Assembly (NCBI RefSeq): GCF_018977255.1
Contig: NW_024704765.1
Location: 4,836,001-4,900,000, forward strand
Direction of reading: 5' to 3'
Length of the DNA: 64,000 nucleotides
DNA from: Callorhinchus milii
Taxonomy: Eukaryota
Shown here one piece after another: positions 50,233-63,760 of this stretch; positions within the stretch are counted from its first letter, which is position 1, and every line of letters begins with the position of its first letter. The position numbers and the translations under genes are program-made. The notes below the pieces were generated by a model that saw only the letters and a list, made by a program, of their open reading frames with translations, did no database searches and was not told where the DNA came from.

Positions 50233-53200
50233 TGTATATTCCTCTCCTCTTCTCTTTCCTCTCTCTCTCTCTCTCTTTGTCTCTCTTGCACTATTCCCCC
50301 AAACCACCAATGCAGGTTGTTTCTTGCAGGCACTGATTCCCCTGATTCCTCCCCTGTTTCTTCACAGGAGGAGCTGTCCACATTGAAGACCTGGGTAGGG
50401 TTGCATGTTCCCCATTGTGCAGCCTTTTCCTCTCCTTGCCCTCCCTGTTCTGTGCTGCTCCAGTAGCTGAGCATCAGTACAGTACAGGTACAGTTTAGTA
50501 CAACCCACTCTCCTTACTTCATCATGTCCTAGCATTAAACTAAATCTATTTAAAGAGACAGTGAGACCTCCTGGAATTCACCAGCAGGATTTAAAGCTCC
50601 ATTTCCCCCCTGCATGTGTTTTTTTTTCCCCCGCCCCCATCAAAAATAATTTTACTCTTGCCTAAAATGGATGTGCTAATGAAATCCTTCTCCATTCTTG
50701 TTTCGTTTTTCTTATTGGGATGTATTTCTGAGCTCCACGTTTCGTGCATCGTCGCGCTTAGCAGTATACCTTGCGTTTAATGCAGGGTTGAACGTACCTG
50801 CAAAGCGTTTGGCGAATAATCAACCACAACACCAACTGACAGCAACAAAAACGTGCCCTTATGTCATAAATAACCCTTGCATTTAATGTAGCGCCTTATC
50901 ACTTTGAAACGTCGCAAAGCGCTTCACAGAGATTTTTAATAATGATAATCTTTGCATTTGATATAGCACCTTATCACATCTCCGAGACGTCTCAAAGCGC
51001 TTCACAGAATATACTGTCAAGCGAATTGACACAAACAACCGTGAAATGAGGTGATGAATTTTATTTGGGAGAATGTTGGTCAGGACACCGGGAGACAGAA
51101 AATCCCTTTTTTCAAATAATGCCATGGGTTATTTAAACTGCCTGTGCACACAAGATCTCAGTCTCTTTCCGAAGGACAGCTTCACCAATAATGCCCAATA
51201 TTGCACTGAATGTTAACCTAATCTAAGAGCTCCAACTGTCTGCTGCAGACTTGTGACCCAGAGGCATGTGCTTTAGGAGAACATCCCAAAGCACTTCACA
51301 GAGATGGAGTGGGAGATGGGAAGGGGAAGCAGCCAAAGGTGTAGTCAATCAGATAATGTTTTAGCATTTGGAAGCAGAGAGGGAGGGAAGGAGGGAGGGA
51401 GAGAGGAAGGCTTTAGAGAAAGAGTTACAGGGAGTGGGAGCAAGTGACTGAATGCTTCCTTAGCAATGGGGTGGTGGGGAGGGGGTGGGGGGTGGAAGGG
51501 ATGATGGTTAGAGCTTCATAATTCAGACTGGATTTCAGAATTTTGCACAATTCTGTACAACCCGAAATTATTTAGTTGAAACAGTGTCACAGGCAAATAC
51601 TGAGTGGAATTTCGGGGCTCCAGAACCTGTGAATGCTCAGTGTGTGCGATTGAATTTGTACGGGATTTAATGCAGTAAATTCTGGGATTGCATGGTGGGC
51701 AGAGTTAGACTTTACACTGTTGACATTTCTAAATGTACCAATGCCAAGTTACTTGCCATGTGGGTGCTGGCATCCTGCCCTTGCCTGCTCTTTCTCCACC
51801 TGTTTCTGTTGGGTTCCTTGGACTTCAGCCTTGACTTGGTTGGGCTGCAAGCTGCTTTCCTCTTGACCTTAAGATTTCTGTCCGCTCCTGCTATTATTCC
51901 CTTGTCTTGTGCAATCACACGCACCTCAAAAAAGAACAGCAAAGCCGATTTCCCCCCAGTCTTTGGAACTCCCTCAATCCCGCCGCCACCTTGCCCCTTG
52001 CTTCCCCTCTTTTAGTTCACGACTGAAGAGCTTCCTCTTCGACCATGCCTATGGTCACCTCCTCCTTCCCCCCGGCTCGTCCTCACTGATAAACGATCCA
52101 TGACGCACGTGAGAGGCACTATATAAATGCAAATTGTTGTTGTTGTAGTAGGTCTCTTCAGCTTATATCAATGCAAGGTCTGTTATTATCATGATTGTGC
52201 TTCCCTTTCACAACGCGGCTGAGATTGAGAACTCAATAGATTGAGTGTTAGTGATGTGAGTTAGTGATCCTGTTATACACAACATTGATATTGAACCAGC
52301 GAACCTTCTTAATCTTCTGCCTATATTCAGGGTGATGAGGACGGTGACTCTGTGACAAATCCAGAGCTGCGGGTTTCTCAGGCTCTAAAGAAACAGGAGA
52401 TTAGCAGAGATTATTTGTGCTTTGAAGGTAATTGGAATTGCGAAGCTTGAACGTCTTAATTCCAGAATCAATTAAATTCAGAGTTGAAAAAAAAACTAAA
52501 CTAAAAGGTACCAATTATCAGTGGCAGCTAAATACTGAAGGTGCGCTCAGGTGTGCTCTGGTCACAGTCTTAGTTATGAGAGATTGAGCCCACAAGAGAT
52601 GAAGGGATTGAAGAGAGCCTGAGGTAAGAGGCCTGTGGAACCATCTAAGGCCTGACGTTTAACCTAGTCTTGGGCGGTAAAACAACAATGACTTGAGTTG
52701 TACAGCTTCCTTCGCTGAGGGTAATACCTTGGAGTGTTTTACAGGAATGGGGGTTAGATGTTGAATAAAATAGAGGGAGGGAGAGCGCGGGAGGTGGCCA
52801 TAGGTGCATTCGAAGGGGTAGGAATCTGAGGGGGGATGTAAAGAGGCAACTGAGACAGAATGGATGCATTTAAGATATAGCTTAGTTCTGTAATTTGGAC
52901 ACAATAGGGTGGGTAATCAACAACAACAAATTACATTTACACAGCGCCTTTCACATCTGGAGGAGGTCCCAAGGCCTCCCTGGACTGTCAGGGAATTGGA
53001 CCCGAGATGAGGGTTGGGATCAGGAAGGGTGGAGGGCAGGGAGGATAGGGGTAGGAGGGTGACCGAAGCCACGGTCGAAGAGGAGAGTCTTGAGTTGGGC
53101 CTTTAAGGAAGGAGCCTTGGAAGAATTAGATCAAAAGGGCTCAAATGCCTTTTTTACCCAGACGTCTCTTGTTTATGAATAAATCCCTCATTCCCTTACT

Positions 53201-53897
53201 CACCCCACTGCAATATAATAGACCATTCTGCCTGGCATGCTGTGTTACTAACAGACTTGTTAATATTTCCACTGAGTACGGAGCGGAAAATCAATAAACT
53301 TTGACAGGTGTCTGCGTAGATAAGATGCATCACATTCAGAGACGTTTGAGTGTGTTAATGAGATTTCTTAGGCAGTTGGAATGGACGTGTTAGCTGAGAT
53401 TGACCCCACTGCCTTGGTGAGTGACAAATGGCCGGGGTGATCTAATCCGAGTGGAAGCTTTATATATAAACACATTTCTATTCATATAATATATATATTA
53501 TATATTTATATATATCTTTATATTCACAGAATATACTTTACATTACATTCGGTGAAGCGTTTCAGACGTCTCGAAGACGTGATAAGATAATAAATTAATA
53601 ATAATATTAAGCAAAGCATCGCAAGAACCAAGACATTGAGAGCTTCCTTCGCTTCCCTCCTCTCCATGGAAGGCAGGATTTTTTTGTATCGCGTTAGTTT
53701 AATGAGCTCAACAATAGCATCTGTTCAGTTGAGAAAACAGCGACTAATCAAATAATTACACTCTGAGACACTACCCTGTGTGAAGGATGCTGTATAAATG
53801 TAAGTTGTTGGTCAGCTGTTCTTCATTTATTGGAGTCGAACGAATGGAACAGAAGTTGCTCACAGCGAAATAAGTCCACGTTTTTCACTTTTTGGAC

Positions 53898-54274
53898 AAT
53901 AATAATAATCCTTGCATTTGATATAGCGCCTTATCACGTTGTTGGGACGTTTCAAAGCCCTTCAAAAATATTGTACAGAGTAGTGATTTTATAATTTGTG
54001 GGTGAAATTCGGCAGTCAATTGTGCAGAGCAATGTCCCGCAAATAATCATGAATTGAGTGACCAAATTATTACTACTATTTATTTTTGGAGGGATCATTG
54101 CCCCCGGAAAGCAATCCACCAATCGACCGACAACCGGGTTCCTACTTACTGCTAGATAAACAGAGGTGTGTGGAGTGAGGAAACTTGCCTAAGATTTCGT
54201 CCCAATCAGGAGAAAAAAACATGGGTCCTTTCGCTTGTGAGGCGAGCGCTCTAACCACCACACTGCAGGACTCC
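53898..54274 (-). mobile_element. tRNA-derived SINE, long form, full length
   Basis: Head ...GCGCTCTAACCAC...AGGACTCCA, central GGTTCCTACTTACTGCTAG and AAT tail (plus-strand view). Confidence 0.88.
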
Positions 54275-57179
54275 AGGATGTGCTGTGGTTGGGTTTGATT
54301 TCATCCTTTCCACTTTTTTGCTGATCAGCTTGGCATTTTATTTTCGAAAACGAAACCCACTAATCACTTTCCTACCTCAAAGCGAAATGCATCACGGGTT
54401 CCCAAGTTAACAGATAATTGAGCTTGATTATTTTAAGCACCCACTAAAACTAATGGCCTCTGTGTTATTCAATTAGATGGTGGTCATTCATTCAGATCAT
54501 TTGAGGAGCTCATTAAATGGTTGAACTTTTTCCTTCCACTGGCCTCCAGGTTTCAATATTTTCTTCTCTACTTCTGTTTAAGACTCCTCAACACTTTCTT
54601 TACATCTCTACATCTCCAGGCATGAGCTGAATTTCTAACTATCTCAGAAGATAAAACCAGTCGCGTTAGAGCAGCATTTATATATCCTATCCTGGATAGA
54701 TAGTTTGCTTATATAGACCCTTTATGGGACATTGCTGTGTGCCATTGACTGCCACATTTCGCTCACAAAACTACAGTCAAATCGACTTTACAATATTCTG
54801 TGAAATGCTTTGAGATGTCTCAATGACATGGCAAGGTGCTGTACCAAATGCAAGGATTATTATGTTTATTATTTTGAAGAGCACTATGTAAATGGAAGCT
54901 GTTGCTGTTGTCTATGTTCTCTAGTAAAAAGGAACAGGTGGGGGAGGAGGGTGCATTGATCTCTATCAATGCTCAATAACGGCACGAAAAACAATTATCT
55001 TTGCAAATCAAATTCCATTCCGAGGGAAGCACCTAGCGAGAGGGTTTTATTTTTAATGCTACCAATTACGCAAGATTTTTGAGGATTCGAATTAACAAAG
55101 CAGATAGCAATTCAATGGGCTGTTTATTAGGAGCTTTGCCGGTAACTTAATGAGAAATGGTAGTACATGGTGATATTTCCAGAAAGTTTAATGAAAAAGC
55201 TTTTTAGCAGGTCCTGCAAAGTCACCACGGAGTAGGCTACAGCAAATGAATTTGCAGTCAGACTTAATATGAGCATCTCAAAGCCTGTTGTATCTAATAT
55301 CCTCTTGTCATCTTGCTTGTGCGAACTGAAGAGGCAGCAATTAATCTTCAGCGCAATCGTTTATTTGATGTGAATGTATAATTGTGAGTAACAGTTCCCG
55401 ATGCAGAAATGTTTTAGTAAGAAATAAACCTCGGTAAAGCTTTCAGTGATTTATCTTTGCAAATACGATGCATCACAAAGCATTTCAACCACAAAATAAA
55501 CAGTCAATTCACTTTACAGTATATTCTGTGAAATACTTTGAGACATCTCAAAGATAATAATAATCCTTGCATTTGATATGGCGCTTTTCAAGTCTTCTAG
55601 AGGTAAAGAAGGCGGTGTATCAAAATGCAAGGATTATTATGGATCACATATTCTGTGCATCATTTCCTTGTCTTCAAATCCGTACAACTGCGCAACTATT
55701 CCATTTTAAGGAAATTCTTGATTTCCAAGGGAATCCGGTCTGAAAGCAATATAAATGCAAACTGCAAGAATCCCTGGCACTGTCAGGCTGATGTGAGGGG
55801 TGGGAGGGAAAAAGCTAATCTGTTCGCAATTTGATTGAAGGAGATGGTGGAAGCAGAAAGTGTTGTTTCTTTCAAAAGCAAATTAGATAGATTTCCATTG
55901 GGAAATAATATCATTATAGTTTGGGGTATGACATGTGCATGTGACTGCCAGGATGGTGGAAGGCGCAATGGATGGATCTTGGTCTCTTTCGTCTAGCAAT
56001 TCTTATCTTCTCCTGTTCTTATGATGTGTGACATATTGTAATTTGGTCTATGACTCAAATTGTTGCCTCTCACAAAATAAAAAATCTCCACTGGGGGAAA
56101 AAAGAAAGACTCCCAAGTCTCTGAAATGATTTACATTCAGTGCTTGGTAGAGCTAGCTAATGGTGCGGTGCAAATGGAAGACAAAATGCTCAAGTTTGTA
56201 CAAGGTGTGCTGGCACCACTGGGAAATAATTTTGCCTTATCGTATGCTGTGGCTAATGACTCCTTCCAGTTTATAATTAAGCAACAAGTTCCTTTTGCCC
56301 AGACTGTCTCTCTCAGCAAGCCGCGAGCTAGAACCTCCACAATCTTAATTGAATGAGTGAGTGATTCAATGTTTCTAAAGGCAAATCCCACATATTTTGA
56401 GCAAGCCGCCTCGTAATCCCACCCTCCTTCTCGCAGCCATCCTATTATTGCAGGAAGAGTATCTTAAAGTGCGGGGTGGGGGGCAATGGTTCTGATCTTC
56501 ACTAACAGACCTTCCTATTCAACCGTGCTTAGTCACCTCCCCCCTACCCCTGGATCGGCATCAGGTCCCTCCACTGTTAAGCCGCTCGCCTGCGTGAACG
56601 GCGCTATATAAATGCAAGTTGTTGTTGTTAAGAATTTGTGTTCTTTTGTTTTATTTGCAAAGTATATGTTTATTGGTAGATATATATATATACATTTACA
56701 CTCATCTCGGAAAGAACCAAAACCCATCACAGGGGGAGAAAAAGATACGCAACACGTTAATAATAATAATAATAATGCTTGCATTTGATATAGCGCTTTT
56801 CATGTCTTCTAGACGTCTCTTTTCTCATTACAAGATGCAACAGACCTTTGTGGCTTGGGGGAGCGGGGGTAGGGGGTAGGGGAATGGATGCCTCTGGGCA
56901 CTCCACTTTGGTGGAGGGAGACAGACTTCCCCGACTGGAGGGGGGGGGGGGTTCAGCCACCCTTTGCAGGGCGCAGTTACAAGTGGGGTCTTGTCAACTC
57001 CCCCCCACCCCAACTTCTTCGGGGGGCGGGGGTGGGTGTTATAATAAAATCCTTGCATTTTGACACAGCGCCTCATCGCGTCTTCGCAGCGTCTCAAAGC
57101 GCTGCGCAGAATACGCTGCAGAGTGGAAGGACTGTGTAGTTTTGTGGGCGAAGCCACTGAACAGGTGAACAGCACTTGG

Positions 57180-57636
57180 CCATCACATCCCATCACATAC
57201 CCCTCCATCCCATCACATACCCCTCCATCCCATCACATACACCTCCATCCCATCACATACCCCTCCATCCCATCACATACACCTCCATCACATCACATAC
57301 ACCTCCATCACATACCCCCATCCCATCACATACCCCTCCATCCCATCACATACCCCTCCATCCCATCACATACCCCTCCATCCCATCACATACCCCTCCA
57401 TCCCATCACATACCCCTCCATCCCATCACATACACCTCCATCACATACACCTCCATCCCATCACATACCCCCCCATCACATCACATACACCTCCATCACA
57501 TACTCCTCCATCCCATCACATACACCTCCATCACATACACCTCCATCCCATCACATACACCCCCATCACATCACATACACCTCCATCACATACTCCTCCA
57601 TCACATCACATACACCTCCATTACATACACCTCCAC
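57180..57636. repeat. C-rich 20-bp minisatellite (CCCATCACATACCCCTCCAT)n with 15-bp variants
   Basis: About 450 bp tandem array directly upstream of the CFAP74 CpG island. Confidence 0.95.
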
Positions 57637-57970
57637 CTGTGGCCACTCAATGCGCTTCAGCCGCAGTGTGGACGGCGCTTATGTAGGGTCGGGTCACGTG
57701 CCCACCTGGCGTTGGGCTCGTCCATTACTTCCTTGCGGTAGTGGCTGGAGGGGGGGGGAGAGAAGGTGCAAATTGCCCTTTTCTCGTACGAGTACGGCGC
57801 TCGAACTCTGGACGCGACTGCAAAGCAACGCATAGAATCAGTACGCAGAGCCGATTCCGTTATTTAGAGGTTTGGGGGAGAAAGAAATACTTGGAGAGTT
57901 GCTTCCACCCCGCAACCCCCCCCCCAACCTTTCCTTCTCTGTGATGAGAGTGGGCAATGGTCCAGTCCCC

Positions 57971-57984
57971 GTTGCCATGGCGAC
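57971..57984. promoter_or_regulatory. RFX X-box in the CpG-island promoter of CFAP74
   Basis: GTTGCCATGGCGAC in CpG-rich 57650-58200; likely non-coding first exon ends at CAG|GTGAGG (58156). X-boxes are typical of ciliary genes. Confidence 0.75.
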
Positions 57985-58334
57985 CGGGAGTGAGGCGTCC
58001 GTTGGCGGCTCGAGCCTCGGCCTGAGGGGCGGTTGTTGTCCGTCCGCCGAACCCGCGGCCTCGCTCGCTGCCCCCCCCCCCCACCCCACCCACTGGTGCC
58101 CCCGCCTCAGGCGTCAACACCCCCGCTCCCCTCCCCCTCCCCACCCCCCAGCTCAGGTGAGGCCACGGCAGAGAGGCCGCCCGAGGAGGCGCCTTTGAGC
58201 ACAGGGTGGACGGGGGGGTGGGGGGCGGGTGAGGGAATACATTATAGTACAGTACAACATGGGGTTGGGATGGAGAATTGGGGGTTTGAGTTGAGAGGAT
58301 GGGGTTCTGTGTCAAGAGAATGGTGGGGGGGGGC

Positions 58335-58545
58335 TGTTGGGGATGAGGGGGTGTTGGGGATGAGGGGGTGTTGGGGATGAGGGGTGTGGTGGGTGTTGGG
58401 GATGAGGGGGTGTTGGGGATGAGGGGGTGTTGGGGATGAGGGGGTGTTGGGGATGAGGGGGTGTTGGGGATGAGGGGTGTTGGGGATGAGGGGGTGTTGG
58501 GGATGAGGGGGTGTTGGGGATGAGGGGGTGTTGGGGATGAGGGGG
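58335..58545. repeat. G-rich 17-bp minisatellite (GGGGATGAGGGGGTGTT)n
   Basis: About 12 units in CFAP74 intron 1; degenerate G-rich sequence continues to about 58970, including (GGAATGAGGGGAGGAGGGGGTA)n at 58698-58790. Confidence 0.95.
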
Positions 58546-59315
58546 GCTGAAGGGGCGGTTGGGTGGAAGGGGAGGGAGTTTGGAGGGGGGGTTGGGGGGG
58601 CTGAAGGGGGTTTGGGTGAAAGGGGAGGGAGTTTGGAAGGGGGTTGGGGGGAGCGGGTGTTGGGGATGAGGGGCGGGAGGCTTGGGGGATGGAGTTAGGA
58701 ATGAGGGGAGGAGGGGGTAGGAATGAGGGGAGGAGGGGGTAGGAATGAGGGGAGGAGGGGGTAGGAATGAGGGGAGAAGGGGGTTGGAATGAGAGGAGAA
58801 GGGAGTTGGGGGTGAAGGGTGTTGGAGGGGGTGTTGGGGATGAGGAAGAGTGGGGTGTTGGGGCTGAGGGGAAGGGGGGTGTTGTGGAGGGGTTGGGCCA
58901 AGGAGGGGTGTTGGAGAGGGTTTTGGGGATGAGGGGGTTTGGGGATGGGGGGGTTGAGGTGAGGGGGCTTCCTCAAGGAATTGAGGTGGTGTACTTCAGT
59001 GAAGAGGAGGGGGTTAGGATTAGCATCAATCGTTGCCTATGGGAGAGGAAACGGGAGAAGTTTTGGGCGGTGGAATTCCCTGTAAAGTGCCTTGAAATAT
59101 ACCGGTGTTACAGGCGTAATGTTGGATACATATTTGATAAAAATGTAAGTCAAAAATACAGAACCAAGTAGTTTTATCGCTATCGGCAGTTTACGGGTTG
59201 CCGTTTTGAACACAGAGGCTTGGGTTTTTTTTCCAAAAAAATCTTTCTTGGTAGAAATGACAGGTGTGGCATAAAACTTGATTTTCTACCAGGTATCAGG
59301 AAGATTTCGGCCACT

Positions 59316-62300
59316 ATGGAGAAAGGCTCTAACGAGGAAGGCAATGTGGAGGAAGGCAATGTGGAGGAAGGCAATGTGGAGGAAGGCACTGTGGAGGAAG
59401 GCACTGTGGAGGAAGAGGCCAGTGCTCATCAAGTCATCCAAGAGAAGGAGGGAGAAGAAGAGAACAAAGGCTTGGAAGAGGATTTGCCGGATTTCGTAGA
59501 TCTGAACGCAGAAGAGCCTGAAGGTTTGAAAAGAGTTTTTATCTATTTGCTGAAGCCCCATGAATTCAATACCTCTTGTTATACACAGCGTGTTCCATGT
59601 TATCTTCGGTCCAGGCGGTACCACAAACAACAAGAGCAAAGCTTGATAAGTAACTGGTTTTGTTCAGGTGTGCACAATTGGCTGCTGCATTTCGCCCACA
59701 AAATATATACAGTCAATTCACTCTACAGTATATTCTGTGAGGCGCTTTGAGACAACAACAACAACAACAACAACAAGATTCCATTTATAGAGCGCCTTTC
59801 ACGTCAGGAGGACGTCCCAAGGCGCTGCACAGTTGGGTCATGACCCGAGCAGGGGGGAAATGGTCAGGGTGAGGGGAGGGAAGGGAGGGAGAGAGGAGGG
59901 GGGAAATGGTCAGGGTGAGGGGAGGGAAGGGAGGGAGCGAGGAGGAGGAAGAGAGTCGAGAGGGGAGCTGAAGGCTCGGTCAAAGAGAACGTCTTGAAGA
60001 CGTGATAAGGTGCTATATCAAATGCAAGTATTATTCAAACATATCATATTCAGAATATTCTAGGCGATATTCTGTTTTGGGCTTGCTTGCATTGGAGTCC
60101 TATAGCTCAGTGGTTAGAGCACTCGCCTTGCAAGCGAGATACCTGGGTTCAATTCCAGGCAGGACGAAACCTTGGGCAAGTTTCCTTACTCCACACAGAG
60201 CCTAATAATAATCCCTTCAAAAAACAATAATAAATTGGTCATTTTCAATCCACGACTGTTGGTGGGACGCTGCTGTGCGCAATTGGCTGCCGCGTTCGCC
60301 CACAAATATACAGTCAATTCACTTTACAGTATATTCTGTGAAGCGCTTTAAGACGTCTAGAAGATGTGAAAAACGCTACATCAAATGCAAGGATTATTAC
60401 TATTAGGCGTCATAATAGATGTCAAAAAGCATTTGTTCTCAGAACCGCTGAAAAAATTTTGGGTATTATTTTGCTGGCTGTTACAGGGAAATTACTACAC
60501 CTGCATATACTGTTATTATATGCCTATAATTACACAACCACACACTTGACAACAATTCTCTGTGTTATCATACATATTATTTTATGTTCTTTTTGGTATC
60601 ATTGATGCATCAATGCACTCATTCCTTCGTATGCTTAGCAACACAGTTTAATGTTGCACTGATACTCCGAGATCTGACTACAGGTACAGATTGCCCCTGC
60701 TTGATTATCTCCCGTGTGGGGGATCTGATACCTCACACTGCTAGCCTGTAGGAAGAAGCTTTGCGAAGTCACAGAGGTAAATGCCACATAAAGCTTTGTA
60801 GCATTTTATAAATCATTTAATTGCAGCATTTAATTGAGATTATTCAACAAACTATTCACTAAATAGGCTTTTAAGAACAATTTACTGCACAAACTAAATT
60901 AGGTATGTAAATGTATTATTCCACAAGAGCTTAGGGGATGGTAGTGGATCCTTCTCCAGTTTTTTTTAAACAAAGAAGGGTTGCTATGAGAATGGAACAC
61001 AGCCTGTTGGATTGTGAACAGTCCACAAATACAATTTGAGAGAGTTGTTTTGCTACATGGTAATTTGCTTTGAAGCATAGCAACGTTATATAAATCTGCT
61101 GGGTGTGATATCATCAAATAGCAGTCGTATCCTTGTTCCGAAAAGCAATGAAGCTTCACTATAAGATGGCTTAAACCTCCATTTGTATCATAAGCCCAAT
61201 AATCAAAAATATAAAACTGCCTCTTGCACTCATTCCTGAGTTTAACTATAACTAACTTTTTTTCCAATAATCTGACTACTATGCTTTATTTGGAAATCTA
61301 ACTGCTTTTAAAAACAGTCACTATACTTGTGATAGTAATTACTGTAAAGAGCGTTTGGACTGTTGGATGTAATAAGGCACTATAAAGATGCATCCTTTCT
61401 TGCTGACTGTCATTATTGTGCAAATATTGACTGTCGACAGGCACTCGTATACCAAAACATAAATGTGAATGACTTGTTCCATGGGTCCTAGTAATTCTGA
61501 AGGTCTCATGAAGTGTTATGAAAGTTAAAAGATATTGCAGCCACTTAATGCCTTTCATTCAGTCATCTGTGTTTACTATTTGAAGGAATGGAGGAAATGC
61601 TATGTCAGTCTCATCAGTTCGGGGCAGAAGGTGGTGATGGTATTTTGGATGATGAGGACTCTGACATTGAGCAGTAAGTTATTGACCTATTCTTACCATT
61701 ACTATTTCTTACTACACGATTGTGAGCTTGCTTTTATAATCAGGCTCTCCTGTGAGCTCATGATTTTGAAGTGTGCATCTGAAACATTGTATTATAATGG
61801 GGTTTCCCTGTACGAATGGCATGAGCAAAAAAANTGGAAAAGAAAGGTAAACGTTGAGCGAGATTCCACGCGCAATTTTAGAGCAGCCAGGAAGCATTTC
61901 TTTACACAGATAGTAAATCAGTCGTTGGAATGGGTTATCGGGGAGGGTTGGTGGAGCCAGGACTTGGGATGTGTTTACCAAACATCTGCTTTTGACATTG
62001 AAGATAATGACTAATATTGTGAAGGATGAGAGCCAAAGAGCCTTCTTCATCCACACCCCTCTTGTGACCTTGAGATAGGATGAAAGTGTGACCAGGAGGA
62101 TGTTAATTTTATCAGTGGCAGGATATGCAGGTGTAAACAGTGAACGGTGGTATCTTGATAAGGGACAAATTGCAACATAATCACACGTTGTTCCTTTATT
62201 AAGAATGCAAGTAGCCACTATATCAGTGTTTCTACTTACATATAAACAGACTAAAATGTGAAATAATTCTGTTCCCCAATAAAAATACAGTTGTTTAACC

Positions 62301-62885
62301 AGCATGTGATCACAAACAATGATGTTCCTTATTATAACTACTCTGAGTGAGATTGAGAGATAGTAGAGGGATACGGGAATGTTTATTTCTGTTGCCCACT
62401 TGTGATTCACCAAAGCTACATTCCAAGCTTCTAAAATAAGAAATGGGGCATGCTACTTTAGTGAGACGAAATAACACTACTTTAACAATCGAGGCAGATA
62501 AGAAGATTCATTTTATCCTTTTTCAAAAATACATAAATTGAAGTTTCAATCAACTTTCAAAAGAATGTAAAACCAAATACATGTATTTTAAATATCAGTG
62601 TTTATTAAGTGGCATTTAAATGTTCTTACCTTCTTTCTTTAACGACTGAACAAATTTTAAGATGGGCACCAGGAAGTATTTCTTTATATGAAGGATAATT
62701 AAAAGCGGGAATCTGTTTTAATATTTTAATTTGTTTTAAAGGTTGGAAAATGAAAAGTCTACTCATTTGCAAGACCAAAAGAAAATGAACTATGTTGAAA
62801 AAGCACATGTACGAACGCAGCAGAGAGTTTTGAATCAGATGAATTTACTCTTTCAAGAGAAAGAACTGAATGTTCAAAAAGCAAG
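59316..62885 (+). CDS. CFAP74: Cilia- and flagella-associated protein 74, first three coding exons (continues beyond the window)
   Basis: In-phase exons 59316-59523 (acidic, MEKGSNEEGNV...), 61586-61673 and 62742-62885 (KKMNYVEKAHVRTQQRVLNQMNLLFQEKELNVQKAR, similar to human KKKTAEDRTQAFHLRQNLSALDKMHEEQELFTEKMR). Head-to-head with GABRD as in human; X-box promoter. Confidence 0.78.
60093..60403 (+). mobile_element. tRNA-derived SINE, short form, full length
   Basis: TGGAGTCCTATAGCTCAGTGGTTAGAGC...GGTTCAATTCC...ATT tail. Confidence 0.9.
60930..61190 (-). mobile_element. Highly decayed non-LTR retrotransposon ORF2 C-terminus
   Basis: Minus strand GLSHLIVK...KLPCSKT...AVFHSHSNPSLFKK resembles the C-terminus of CR1/Crack-group ORF2 (LSHRR...VFP..YN.SLFK). 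Confidence 0.35.
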
Positions 62886-63049
62886 GTATCAAACTATTTT
62901 CATTGTCACCAAGTGGGTTCTTGGAAAGCAATCACAACCCACCAATTGGACCACCTTGATGTAGATATAAGAAAATGATCTAAATATTACATTGGTTTAT
63001 TTTTTTTCTAATTTGGGGATTAAAGCACGGAAATGAAGAAAGCTCTGAG

Positions 63050-63760
63050 GGTACATGCGTTTTGGAATGATGGGATCAAATGGGTCAAAGGACCTTGTTC
63101 TTCCGAACTTCTCGTATGAGATACCGAGGCATAAAAGCTCAGGAGATAAGAGCGGAGCGATTGAAAGTAAGAGGTTGCAGCTGTTTCTCATTGTCTCTTG
63201 CAACCGTAACCACGTTTATCATTACCCTATTGAAGGGAAGGGAGTGCAACAGCTTGAAGTTTAATGATTCAGCTGTCCCACTGAGAGAAGTTAAGGTTTT
63301 GTTCACTGTCAACATTTCTCCTGAATGAAATTGATCAAAGTAGATTGGAATCTTGAGCCTAGGAGTGGAGAAGGTCATTGATGTGCAGATGGAGCAAAGT
63401 GAGAGAGCCATGGCCCATAGTATCATCACCAGTGTTTTTATTGGGTAAAAATAAGCTGTCATTACAAATGATTTGATGAGCCACCTCGTATTGTAGATGG
63501 CCTGCATTTTGGGTCTGAACATGGTCATTTTCTGCACTAATACCATAATGCTTTAGAAACAAATGGAAGTGGCTGATTCAAACAGAAGTGGTCGTAGCAG
63601 AATCTTATCGGCTTCAAAATGAAATCCTTTGCATTATACGCAATGTCTTGCAGCAAGGCACCTAATTTGCACATGACATGTTGTGAGGCTAGGAATGATC
63701 TATGTCAATGATTAGAACATATCACTGAGGAATTCTGACACTTTACTGCCTCATTGACTG
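63050..63760 (-). mobile_element. Highly decayed non-LTR reverse transcriptase fragment
   Basis: Minus strand ...KHYGIS...GHGSLTLLHLHINDLLHS resembles the RT motif GVPQGSVLxPTLFLLxINDLL; downstream LTFNRSAL...LLCLGIS; many stops and frameshifts. Confidence 0.4.

Noticed and set aside
57180-57636. Regular repeat array as a possible CRISPR
   Set aside because: Head-to-tail tandem units with no unique spacers, no cas genes, vertebrate context.
57060-57835. 208-aa and 219-aa His/Pro-rich ORFs
   Set aside because: Translations of the 20-bp minisatellite, which lacks stops by composition.
61712-62413. 233-aa minus-strand ORF as a possible viral insertion
   Set aside because: No viral motif recognised; spans an N, a CR1-like fragment (61850-61960) and probable decayed LINE sequence.
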